Program-made: the position numbers and the translations under genes
Part shown: piece after piece, positions 55,221 to 64,000 of the stretch
How positions within the stretch are numbered: position 1 is the first letter of the stretch
Layout: each line of letters begins with the position of its first letter
From: a virus
Taxonomy: Duplodnaviria; Caudoviricetes
Virus record (IMG/VR): IMGVR_UViG_3300032007_000001
DNA length: 64,000 nucleotides
Reading direction: 5' to 3' (one strand)
The notes under the pieces: model-generated
Told to the model about the DNA's origin: nothing
The model's input: only the letters and a program-made list of their open reading frames with translations
The model's database searches: none

Positions 55221-56927
55221 TTAAAAAAATTCTATAATCATATCATTATTATTTTTAAGCAATTGAGATGTAATTAATGGTCTTACATTATTTTTAACAT
55301 TCTTAAACGCAACTTTTTTAACAGAAGACCCATAAAACATATTTTTCATACGAGAATTAAGGCTATTATTATTATCCAAGTCTATGCTGCTACAATCTAT
55401 AACCCATGGAAATTCTTCTGGAAGAGACGAACAATTATTAAACATATTATTCATATTTCTAGCAGAACTAGTATCTAATTCTGGAATTGTTTCCAATGAA
55501 GAACAAGCATAAAACATTTCAACCATATGTCCAACTTTACTAGTATTCAATTGCGGTATAGATACAAGATTCTCACAATAAGAAAACATATTCCCCATAT
55601 CTGTAACATTTTCTGTATTTAATTGTGGTATATTTGTAAGTTTATTACAATTATAAAACATATTATTCATGTTTGTAACTTTATGTGTATCAAATTGCGG
55701 TACAGATATTAAATTATCACATTCATAAAACATTTTTTGCATATCTCTAACATTTCTAGTATCAAATAAAGGAACAGTGGTTAAACTTTTGCAATTATTA
55801 AACATATCGCTCATATTTCTTACTTTTTTAGTATTTGAAAATAATGGAAGATTATTTGACGTTAATTTTTCACATCTTACAAACATATGACACATATCTA
55901 TTGTATTGTCTGTATATAATAAAAGTCTATCTTGATTATTTACTGTAATTGATTGTAAATTTTCACAATATTCAAACATTCCATGCATATCAACAGTACA
56001 AAACGTATCAAATTGACTATCTAAATTTAATATACTTATATTTTGGCAATATCCAAAATAAAGAGGCATATTTTTAGGCATACAACTTCCGATTGGATCA
56101 AAAAAGAAAGTAGCTAATGAATTCACAGAACATAAATATTCCATCGCCATATTTTCAGCTTCTTGAATGTCCATTTCATATGGATTTTCTTCCAAAACCA
56201 TTACCATAGCACATCTAATTGCCCATTTTGATAATCCCAAATAACCAAATTCATTTCTAACTACATCATTAAAATAATCTTCATATGACAAATCGCTGAA
56301 TTCTATATTTAAGTTATCTGTTCCACTTAATAATTGAGAATTAATTTGAGATTTTAAGCTGGAACGAACATTATTTAATTTAACATATCTAACAGAACTT
56401 CCCTTAAACATATCTTTTAACATATTTACATCAGAGATATTATCACAACCAATTGGCCATAAAAGCCTTTCCGGAAGAGATTGACAATTTTCAAACATAT
56501 TTTTCATATTTGTAACATTATCTGAATAAAAATATGGGATTTCTTCCAATTCATAACAATTCTTAAACATCTCTTCACATGTTGTTAGAGACGAAGCATT
56601 TAAGACTGGCAAATCATTACAATATGTCATTGTTTGATATGATTGCGGATAAAAATCGCTCATTTTATATTTATTATCATAAATATAAATTTCTTCAGCA
56701 TCATTTTCATTTATATAATCTCTTAACATCTGTTCTACATATTTAGGAACAAAATAATATTTTCCTTGTTGTTTAACATAAATACCAAGATTATTATTAT
56801 TAACATTACTTACTTCACTAGCAGCCAAAGGAGATATTGTTCCATTTGCTTCTTGCCATAATACTCTTGGATATTCATTACTTTCTGCTATTCTTACTTC
56901 TATTCCTTCTATTGTCTTTGTAGACAT
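55221..56927 (-). CDS. Modular adhesin: shared anchor + two BspA/DUF285-type LRR modules
   Basis: N-terminus near-identical to 4697..5944; ~24-aa xPxxDTxxVxNMxxMFxxCxxL repeats; cap shared with 40928..42475. Confidence 0.8.
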   Translation of the reverse strand: MSTKTIEGIEVRIAESNEYPRVLWQEANGTISPLAASEVSNVNNNNLGIYVKQQGKYYFVPKYVEQMLRDYINENDAEEIYIYDNKYKMSDFYPQSYQTMTYCNDLPVLNASSLTTCEEMFKNCYELEEIPYFYSDNVTNMKNMFENCQSLPERLLWPIGCDNISDVNMLKDMFKGSSVRYVKLNNVRSSLKSQINSQLLSGTDNLNIEFSDLSYEDYFNDVVRNEFGYLGLSKWAIRCAMVMVLEENPYEMDIQEAENMAMEYLCSVNSLATFFFDPIGSCMPKNMPLYFGYCQNISILNLDSQFDTFCTVDMHGMFEYCENLQSITVNNQDRLLLYTDNTIDMCHMFVRCEKLTSNNLPLFSNTKKVRNMSDMFNNCKSLTTVPLFDTRNVRDMQKMFYECDNLISVPQFDTHKVTNMNNMFYNCNKLTNIPQLNTENVTDMGNMFSYCENLVSIPQLNTSKVGHMVEMFYACSSLETIPELDTSSARNMNNMFNNCSSLPEEFPWVIDCSSIDLDNNNSLNSRMKNMFYGSSVKKVAFKNVKNNVRPLITSQLLKNNNDMIIEFF

Positions 56928-57026
56928 ATCATCACCTTTCCAATTCTTTAATTAAAAACATTTTATCATCAATACAATGTTTTTATAATTAAGCATTAAC
57001 GATAAAATTAAAGTCTTTATCGTATG

Positions 57027-57599
57027 TTATCTATATACCCACATTCTGGACGCGAAAGACCTCATTGTAATTCCTCGACCCATACCAGCGCCAGCAGCTG
57101 ATGATATAATACCAGTACCAACTGGACGAGTAATGCTTTGTTTTGCTGATTTAATACTATCATCATAAGCTGCTTTCATCTGACCAATAAGAGCAAGATA
57201 TTTGCCAGAAAGGTCGATAGAAAGACTGATTCCATTATCTGAATAAGAAAAGGCCTCTCCAGCTTGCCATGTTGCTTCACTTAAAATTGCAAAAATATAT
57301 GCTCCCATTATAATACAACCCTCTATACTAAATGGGTATGTATTAATTGTAAAACTTGTTGGAGCACCACCAGAAGTATTAAAATTACTTATAGACAATT
57401 GTATAAATATTAAAAGCTGTTCATCTGTCCAACGAAGACCATAATCTCTTTCTACTAAAGTATTCAAAGAACGATGAGAAAATTCTGGAGCATCTTTTAG
57501 AAGAGCTCTTAATTTGTGTAATAATTCTTTTTCTCTATCAGTAATTGCCGAAATTGTAGAATCATTAAGAGATTCTAAAATAATAGCCATGAATTTCAC
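57027..57599 (-). CDS. Head-tail connector-like protein
   Basis: LRALLKD...WTDEQL, FSYSDNGISLSID pattern typical of connector/adaptor proteins. Confidence 0.55.
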   Translation of the reverse strand: MKFMAIILESLNDSTISAITDREKELLHKLRALLKDAPEFSHRSLNTLVERDYGLRWTDEQLLIFIQLSISNFNTSGGAPTSFTINTYPFSIEGCIIMGAYIFAILSEATWQAGEAFSYSDNGISLSIDLSGKYLALIGQMKAAYDDSIKSAKQSITRPVGTGIISSAAGAGMGRGITMRSFASRMWVYR

Positions 57600-57647
57600 C
57601 TCTCTTATATAAAAATAAAACTATTGGTTATTTATAAAATAAAAATT

Positions 57648-57677
57648 AAAAAGGAGAGATTTAAGTCTCTCCTTTTT
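57648..57677. terminator. Terminator
   Basis: AAAAAGGAGAGA-TTTAAG-TCTCTCCTTTTT. Confidence 0.75.
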
Positions 57678-57678
57678 C

Positions 57679-58521
57679 TTATATTCTTAAATTACAACAA
57701 TCATTTGGATTTTTATTTACATTATTTTTCCAATATTCATATGCCTCAGATTCATCTTCGCAAACGCTTAATTCCTTAAAACCTTTAATTCTAGATAAAT
57801 ATTCTTTTTTCTTTTCTAAAGGCAAATGATTATATCTGCTTTGTTTGACTGTATAATCTGAAAAATCTATATCAAACCATTTCTTTATCCAAGAATTAAC
57901 ACGTAAAAATTCTATTAAAATTTTATCACATTTTATTTGTGACAAAATATTTGTATCAATAAATTCTGGAATATATGGACTCAACCTAACCGAAACATCA
58001 AATCCATTACTTTGTAACGTTTCTATCGCTCTTATACGTTGACTTGGTAAACTAGCTTTTTCATATTGTAATTTTTTATACGTTGCATCATCAGTACATG
58101 TTAATGTTACTTGTATATGCGCTAATTTTTTATCCATTAATTCAAGATATTCTTTATCTGCTATTATATGACTTTTTGTAACGATAAGATAATTAATGTT
58201 ATTTTCGTTTAAGCATTTGATTGTTTCGTATGTTACTCTTGCAGTTTTTTCAAGTGGCTGAAAACAATCTGTCATTCCACCAAGTCTAATTGCATTTATT
58301 CCATTTAATTTTTTTATTTTTTTCTTAATTTTAGAAATATCAGCAATTGACGGTTCTTCACTATCCCATAAATTTCTAAAACTTAATAATGATTTCGCAT
58401 AACAATAACTGCAATCGTGTTGGCATCCACAACCATATGTATCTAACCTTGTTGGATAATTACATTTATTCCCTTCATTTCCTCCAACAGTCTTAAAAAA
58501 ACTCTTAAATTCTTTTCCCAT
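57679..58521 (-). CDS. Radical SAM protein, spore-photoproduct-lyase-like
   Basis: LDTYGCGCQHDCSYCYA (CxxxCxxC), GGMTDCFQP.E, IVTKS, VRLSPYIP. Confidence 0.85.
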   Translation of the reverse strand: MGKEFKSFFKTVGGNEGNKCNYPTRLDTYGCGCQHDCSYCYAKSLLSFRNLWDSEEPSIADISKIKKKIKKLNGINAIRLGGMTDCFQPLEKTARVTYETIKCLNENNINYLIVTKSHIIADKEYLELMDKKLAHIQVTLTCTDDATYKKLQYEKASLPSQRIRAIETLQSNGFDVSVRLSPYIPEFIDTNILSQIKCDKILIEFLRVNSWIKKWFDIDFSDYTVKQSRYNHLPLEKKKEYLSRIKGFKELSVCEDESEAYEYWKNNVNKNPNDCCNLRI

Positions 58522-58624
58522 TATATCATTCCTTATTAAAAAAAACTTTGTATTATATTTATTTTATTTATGTAAAACAAAGTTATTTTATGATTGAATA
58601 AATATATAAATTGGAGATACGAAT

Positions 58625-59698
58625 ATGTTAGAAGAAATAGAAAAATATAATGAATCTGTATCGGAAGAAAAAGAAATACATGAAATGTCAGACTTAAAAA
58701 ATGAACTTATAAACTATGGATACGATGAATACGAAATAGAAGATATATATTTATTGAATGAAATAAGACCAGAATATTTTGATGAAGATGATGAATATTT
58801 TTGGTGGGCGGATAATGGATATTTGTACAGTGGAAACGAAAGTGATGTTATTGCTTTAATTGGAAACAATGAAGACACAAAAGAATCAAATACTCTATAT
58901 AGATATGTTATTGATATTGATGGTAAAGAATATGGATTTATACGTGGAATAGATGAAATTATGGAAAAAGGTGAAATAACAGAAGATAGTAAAGAAATTC
59001 AACGTATAAATTCATTATTATCAAGAATGACTGTACCAATGATAAATGATTTACAAGAAGAAAAAAGATGTTATTTCACTGAAAAAGGAAAATCTTTTTA
59101 TAAAGGAATCATTCAACAAATAAGTGATATATTAAATGAACTTGGATATAAAGTAAAAGAGATAACAAAAGAAACTAATAATTTTATAAAAATAGACAAA
59201 TATCAAGTATTGGCGAAACACTTAAAAAATAAAAATGGAGTGAAAACAATGCACCTTATTAAAAAAGCAAACGATATTTTCTCAAATCAAAAAGAATTAT
59301 CTGAATATTTCTTAAAAGATTTATTAGAAGATGAAATAAAAAATGATATTGAAGAACGATTAAATTCTAATGGAAGATTTAGCAATGATTTTATTTATTT
59401 TGAACCACAAGAAACAGCAAAAATATTTACAAAAGATTCATTAAAATTTAAGAAAGCATATGAACTTATAACAGAAAATGAATATGAAGATTATCCAAGA
59501 TTGGGAGAATGTAAAATAGAAATAAATATTGATACAGTTGATGAAGATAATTTTTCTTTTAAAGAAATGCATGAATTAACTGTATTTAATGAAGAATTAG
59601 ACCGTATGTTATATGATTTAATTATTGATTTTTTTGAAAACAATGAACAAATTATTAAAGAAAAATTCAAAGAAATTACTAAAAAAAATCTTATATAA
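58625..59698 (+). CDS. Acidic protein; apparent fusion with an internal leader-family module
   Basis: Internal in-frame ATG 59249 with SD GGAG, reading MHLIKKAN. Confidence 0.7.
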   Translation: MLEEIEKYNESVSEEKEIHEMSDLKNELINYGYDEYEIEDIYLLNEIRPEYFDEDDEYFWWADNGYLYSGNESDVIALIGNNEDTKESNTLYRYVIDIDGKEYGFIRGIDEIMEKGEITEDSKEIQRINSLLSRMTVPMINDLQEEKRCYFTEKGKSFYKGIIQQISDILNELGYKVKEITKETNNFIKIDKYQVLAKHLKNKNGVKTMHLIKKANDIFSNQKELSEYFLKDLLEDEIKNDIEERLNSNGRFSNDFIYFEPQETAKIFTKDSLKFKKAYELITENEYEDYPRLGECKIEINIDTVDEDNFSFKEMHELTVFNEELDRMLYDLIIDFFENNEQIIKEKFKEITKKNLI

Positions 59699-59726
59699 AA
59701 AAGAAGCACTTAATGTGCTTCTTTTT
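59697..59726. terminator. Bidirectional terminator
   Basis: AAAAAAGAAGCAC-TTAAT-GTGCTTCTTTTT. Confidence 0.75.
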
Positions 59727-59731
59727 ATTTC

Positions 59732-60757
59732 TTATTCTTTAGCTTCTAATGCCGCGACTTTAGTTTCTAATTCTTCTATTCTTGAAATTAAAGCACTAAT
59801 ATCTGGAATATCTCCCTTAACAGCTATCTCACGGTCACTCGAGAGGCTGCTAGAAGACGCTGAATTCTTTGTGTAATAAATACCATCTACTTTGGAAATT
59901 TGAAGTCTCGTGCCTTTTCCAGATGTTTTGTCAGCTGCAGATAATTCAATGTCTGCACTTTCGTTTTCAGAAACACCAATATAGTCTTTTATATTGCCGT
60001 TAATACTTGAAATGTTTGTTAATGAATCTTTTTCAATAAAATTACTAACATCAGGAATATCGTCAGAATTTGCTTTATTTGCTAACATTGATTTTATTTC
60101 AGTATCATCATATAATTCATCTTTTGTAGCAAAATTACTAACATCGGGAATATCATTTGAATTTGCTTTTTCAGATAAAAGATTATCAATTTGAGCAATT
60201 GTATAAACAGAATCCTTATTAGCTTCTAAATCTAACAATTCTTGAATTCTTTCAGCCGAATAAGTATCTACTTTCTTATAAACATCTTCTAAATTTGCTT
60301 TTGCTTCCAATAATGAAATGACTTCTGTTTTTGTATAAACATTATTTGCATCAGCTTTTTCTATTAATGAAGCTTTTATTTCGGTATCATTATATAATTC
60401 ATCTTTTGTAGCAAAATTACTAACATCTGGAATATCGCTTATATTTGCTTTTTCAGATAATGCATTTTCAATATTTTCTTTTGATAAAGTTTCGTTTTTA
60501 GTAAAAACGTCATTTGCATCGGCTTTTGCATTAATTAATGCTCTGATTTCAGTATCATCATATATAGAAGCCGAAACATCTGCTTTTGTTGCTAACCCAC
60601 TTAAATCAACATTTAAGGTATCATGAATAACTTCTTTAACAACTGTTTCCTTTACAACGTTAACAACAGCTTCTTTAGCTGCTTCTATTTTATTGTCATT
60701 TCTTGTTGACATTGCTTGGACAACGCCACCAACTAAACTAGAAATTGTTTCTGCCAA
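59732..60757 (-). CDS. Repetitive fibre-like structural protein
   Basis: Repeats KANxxDIPDVSNFATKDELYxDTEIK and KAxxxxVYTK. Confidence 0.75.
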   Translation of the reverse strand: MAETISSLVGGVVQAMSTRNDNKIEAAKEAVVNVVKETVVKEVIHDTLNVDLSGLATKADVSASIYDDTEIRALINAKADANDVFTKNETLSKENIENALSEKANISDIPDVSNFATKDELYNDTEIKASLIEKADANNVYTKTEVISLLEAKANLEDVYKKVDTYSAERIQELLDLEANKDSVYTIAQIDNLLSEKANSNDIPDVSNFATKDELYDDTEIKSMLANKANSDDIPDVSNFIEKDSLTNISSINGNIKDYIGVSENESADIELSAADKTSGKGTRLQISKVDGIYYTKNSASSSSLSSDREIAVKGDIPDISALISRIEELETKVAALEAKE

Positions 60758-60862
60758 TTTATTTCACCTCATAAAAATATAAAAAATAACTCTTCCTTAA
60801 ATTTAATACATCTATACTATAAAAAAAATTGTCAGAAATTAATCTGACAATTTTTTCATTTG

Positions 60863-63800
60863 TTAAAGGAGTACTATACCAGAACCAAGTTCAAGTGATT
60901 CAACATGCAATCTTCCAGCTGTTGATGTTAAGTATACGTTTGTATCAAATACCTGCGTACCTGTATTTGTAACGTTAGAAGTTGTACCAGTAAGATATGC
61001 AGCTGTTGTATTTGCAACTTCGCTCTTTACATTCATATCTGTAAACAACGCATTTTCTGGTACAGCCGTTTGAACAGTTAAATTATTAACCTTTGCAGCA
61101 TTTGAAGCAGTTGCTGTAGCATCCAATGGAGTAAATCCTAATGCATCGGTAACATTTGTTCCAGTTACACTAATTGTACCATCAGATACAGTAACATTGT
61201 TGCCAATCTTAACTCCACCAAGTGTAGAAGCTGTCGCTTCTGGTAAAGTATAACTTGCTGCATTTTCGTCAATTGTATCTAACTTAGCCTTATCAGCAGC
61301 AGACATCAAACCGGCATTTGAAGCGGTTGCTTCTTCATAAGTTGTATCAGTAAATTTAGCATTTGCTGGTACAGCTGTCTCTACAGTTAAACCGTTAACC
61401 TTTTCAGAATCTTTAGCAGTCTCTGTCTTGCCAAGTTTAGAACCAATTAATTCTGTCACGGTTGTAGCAAAATTTGGATTATTACCAAGAGCCGTTGCCA
61501 GTTCATTTAATGTATTAAGAGTATCTGGTGCAGAATCAACTAATGCATCAATAAGTTCTTGTACATTCTGAGTTGTCGGTGGTTCATAACCGAGTGCCGT
61601 AGTAACATTGTTTTTGTTTATTGAAATTGTACCTTCAACATTTGTAATATTACTACCAATCTTAACTCCACCCAACGTTGAAGTATCAGCTGCTGGTAAA
61701 GTATATTCTCCAGCACCTTCACCAATACCATCTAATTTAGCCTTGTCTGTAGCCGACATTAATCCGGCCGTTGTTGTAGTAGCTTCTTCGTACGTTGTAT
61801 CTGTAAATACTGCATCTGCGGGAACAGCCGTTTCAACAGTAAGACCATTAACCTTTTCAGCATTAACAGCGGTTTCTGTTTTTCCAAGCTTATTAGCAAG
61901 CAATCCAGTAATTGTAGTAGCGAAATTTGGGTCATTTCCTAATGCATCAGCAACTTCTTTCAAAGTATTCAATGTTTCTGGTGCAGAATCTACAAGACCA
62001 GCAACAAGTTCCTCAACTCTTGAAAGCGTTGGTGGTTCATAACCCAAAGCAGTAGTAACATTTGCTTTATTTACTGAAATTACGCCATTTGTATTTGTAA
62101 TGTTACTTCCTACTTTAACGCCGCCAAGTGTTGTGTCTGTAGCTTCTGGTAATACATAATCACCGGAACCGCCAAGACCATCTAACTTAGCTTTATCTTC
62201 AGCAGACATCAAACCGTCTGTAGAAGATGTTGCGACTTCATATGTTGTATCAGTAAATTTGGCTCCAGCCGGAACTGCTGTTTCTACAGTTAAGCCATTT
62301 ACTTTTTCAGAATCTTTAGCAGTCTCTGTTTTACCCAATTTATTTGCAATTAATCCAGTAATTGTAGTAGCAAAACTTGGGTCATTGCCAATAGCGTCAG
62401 CAAGTTCTTTTAATGTATCTAACATTTCTGGAGCAGAATTTACAAGATTACTTACTAACGTTTCAACATTTTGTGTTGTTGGCGGTTCATATCCTAAAGC
62501 TGTTGTAATATTAGTTTTTGTAACACTGATTCTTCCACTTTCAGAAGTTATGTTATCGCCAATTTTAACACCGCCAAGGACAGTAGACGTTGCATTTGGA
62601 AGAACATATGAATCGTCTCCACCACCACCGCTATAACCGCCTTCCGGAACACTATCAAGTTTAGCTTTATCAGCAGCACTCATAAGTCCGTCTGCTAATT
62701 GCGTAGCAACGGTATAAGTAGTATCTGTAAACTTAGCGTCATTTGGAATACCATTTAATTTAATTTTATCATCAAATGACATTAAACCAGATTCTGTTTC
62801 TGTTGCTAAACCATATGTAGTATCTGTAAATACTGCATTTGCTGGAACTGCTGTTTCTACGGTTAAATTATTAATTTTCGCCGCATTAACAGCCGTACCG
62901 TCTTTATCTAATTTATTATTTATTTCATCCCATATATCATCAAAAGAAACGCTTTGAACTGTATTTGCTATTTTCTCTAATGTATTTAATTCTTCTGGAG
63001 CATTTCCAACTAATGCATCAATTGCATCTTCTCTTACTGGTGTATATCCTAATGCCTGTATAACATTATCATTTGTAATACTAATAGCTCCATTTATAAC
63101 AGAAACATTATTGCCAATTTTAACGCCACCATAACGAGAATTGTTAGCTACTGGTAATACATAATTATTAGCACCTTCGCTAATACTGTCTAATTTGGCT
63201 TTATCAGCAGCAGACATTAAACCTGAAACTTCTGTAGTTACTTCTTCATAAGTAGTATCTGTAAATTTAGCATTAAATGGAACTGCTGTTTCTACTGTTA
63301 AACCATTGACTTTTTCAGAATTTTTAGCTGTTTCTTCTTTTCCAAGCTTTTCTCCAATCATTGCCATAATTGTCGTTGAAAAGCTTGGGTCATTTCCTAA
63401 TGCCTCTGCTAATGCATTTAACGTATTTAATGTTTCTGGAGCAGAATTTACAAGATTCGCTATACTTTGGTCAACCTGTTGTTTGGTTGGTGGTTCATAA
63501 CCAAGAGCCGCTGTTACGTTTTCTCCAGTTAAACTAATAACACCCTCAGTTCCCGTAATGTTTTGTCCAATTTTAATTATACCAAAATCATCAACAGTTG
63601 CTATACTATCATTATCTAATTTTGAACTAATAGAATTATTAATTTCTTCTTTTAAGTCATCTATATCTTTTTTTACAACAATTTCTCTGTTGTCAATTAT
63701 TTTATTTTCGCTTTCATTTTTAAGATAAAAAATACCTCTATCATTAGAAACAATGATTTTACTTCCCAAATTTGTTTCATTATTTTCAGCAGCAATTACC

Positions 63801-64000
63801 ATATCAATCGGCAATGTACTTTGTTTTGAAAAAGTAATATCTGTTCTTACATTTTTAAGAGCATTAAAACCTTTAAATAGCATTAATTTATTTTGATTTG
63901 ACATATCAATAAGTTTCATGCTATTATCTTCATCAACATGAGAATATCTAAATGGGCCATTACCATCATCTGAAAAAATCCTACTATTTCTGACATAATT
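60863..64000 (-). CDS. Long fibre protein with ~150-aa tandem units (5' end lies beyond the window)
   Basis: Units YxLPxA...LGGVKIG / ALGYEPPT / APETLNTLxELAxALGNDPxFATT / KVNGLTVETAVPxxAxFTDTTY / GLMSAADKAKLD; frame stays open from 63919 to 64000 (NYVRNSRIFSDDGNGPF...). Confidence 0.85.
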   Translation of the reverse strand, partial: NYVRNSRIFSDDGNGPFRYSHVDEDNSMKLIDMSNQNKLMLFKGFNALKNVRTDITFSKQSTLPIDMVIAAENNETNLGSKIIVSNDRGIFYLKNESENKIIDNREIVVKKDIDDLKEEINNSISSKLDNDSIATVDDFGIIKIGQNITGTEGVISLTGENVTAALGYEPPTKQQVDQSIANLVNSAPETLNTLNALAEALGNDPSFSTTIMAMIGEKLGKEETAKNSEKVNGLTVETAVPFNAKFTDTTYEEVTTEVSGLMSAADKAKLDSISEGANNYVLPVANNSRYGGVKIGNNVSVINGAISITNDNVIQALGYTPVREDAIDALVGNAPEELNTLEKIANTVQSVSFDDIWDEINNKLDKDGTAVNAAKINNLTVETAVPANAVFTDTTYGLATETESGLMSFDDKIKLNGIPNDAKFTDTTYTVATQLADGLMSAADKAKLDSVPEGGYSGGGGDDSYVLPNATSTVLGGVKIGDNITSESGRISVTKTNITTALGYEPPTTQNVETLVSNLVNSAPEMLDTLKELADAIGNDPSFATTITGLIANKLGKTETAKDSEKVNGLTVETAVPAGAKFTDTTYEVATSSTDGLMSAEDKAKLDGLGGSGDYVLPEATDTTLGGVKVGSNITNTNGVISVNKANVTTALGYEPPTLSRVEELVAGLVDSAPETLNTLKEVADALGNDPNFATTITGLLANKLGKTETAVNAEKVNGLTVETAVPADAVFTDTTYEEATTTTAGLMSATDKAKLDGIGEGAGEYTLPAADTSTLGGVKIGSNITNVEGTISINKNNVTTALGYEPPTTQNVQELIDALVDSAPDTLNTLNELATALGNNPNFATTVTELIGSKLGKTETAKDSEKVNGLTVETAVPANAKFTDTTYEEATASNAGLMSAADKAKLDTIDENAASYTLPEATASTLGGVKIGNNVTVSDGTISVTGTNVTDALGFTPLDATATASNAAKVNNLTVQTAVPENALFTDMNVKSEVANTTAAYLTGTTSNVTNTGTQVFDTNVYLTSTAGRLHVESLELGSGIVLL
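61030..63600 (-). repeat. About 5.5-6 degenerate ~450-bp coding repeats
   Basis: Recurring DNA such as GTTGTATCAGTAAATTT, TTTTCAGAATCTTTAGCAGTCTCTGT and GGTTCATA. Confidence 0.8.

Noticed and set aside
59990-63600. CRISPR array or non-coding repeat array
   Set aside because: Repeats are in-frame, degenerate at third positions and encode fibre units, with no constant repeat/unique spacer pattern
1-64000. Stop-codon reassignment as in some gut jumbo phages
   Set aside because: Genes are full-length and tightly packed under the standard code

Overview
An AT-rich (roughly 27-30% GC by eye), densely coding 64 kb segment of a large contractile-tailed phage genome, standard genetic code, probably infecting a gut/rumen Bacillota host (inferred from sigma-A-type extended -10 promoters, strong SD sites, and DUF2508/PhoH2/Pnkp-Hen1 homologues). 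It encodes neck, sheath and two tube genes, several modular fibre/adhesin proteins, nucleotide metabolism, an RNA-repair module (Pnkp + Hen1), a NusG-like factor, a MoxR AAA/vWA pair, a primase core, PhoH2, NADAR, NadE and many small ORFans. The standout is a predicted DNA-hypermodification pathway. A dCMP-type thymidylate-synthase homologue (Asp at the specificity position), an intein-containing dCMP deaminase and a dNMP kinase lie near an operon ugd-uxs-galE(uxe)-agt. That operon puts the UDP-Glc > UDP-GlcA > UDP-xylose > UDP-L-arabinose route directly in front of a T4 alpha-glucosyltransferase homologue whose glucose-O6-binding histidines appear replaced by tyrosines, predicting xylosylated or L-arabinosylated (hydroxymethyl)cytosine. 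Second highlight: about 14 small acidic proteins share a basic N-terminal leader M-K-[RH]-L-x-K-x-A, a candidate capsid-targeting/processing signal. Also notable are a shared ~60-aa anchor domain on four different adhesins, a GC-rich swapped tail-fibre cassette, a stand-alone DUF262 protein and near absence of GATC. All family assignments come from motif recognition by eye, not database searches. No tRNA, rRNA or CRISPR array was recognised.
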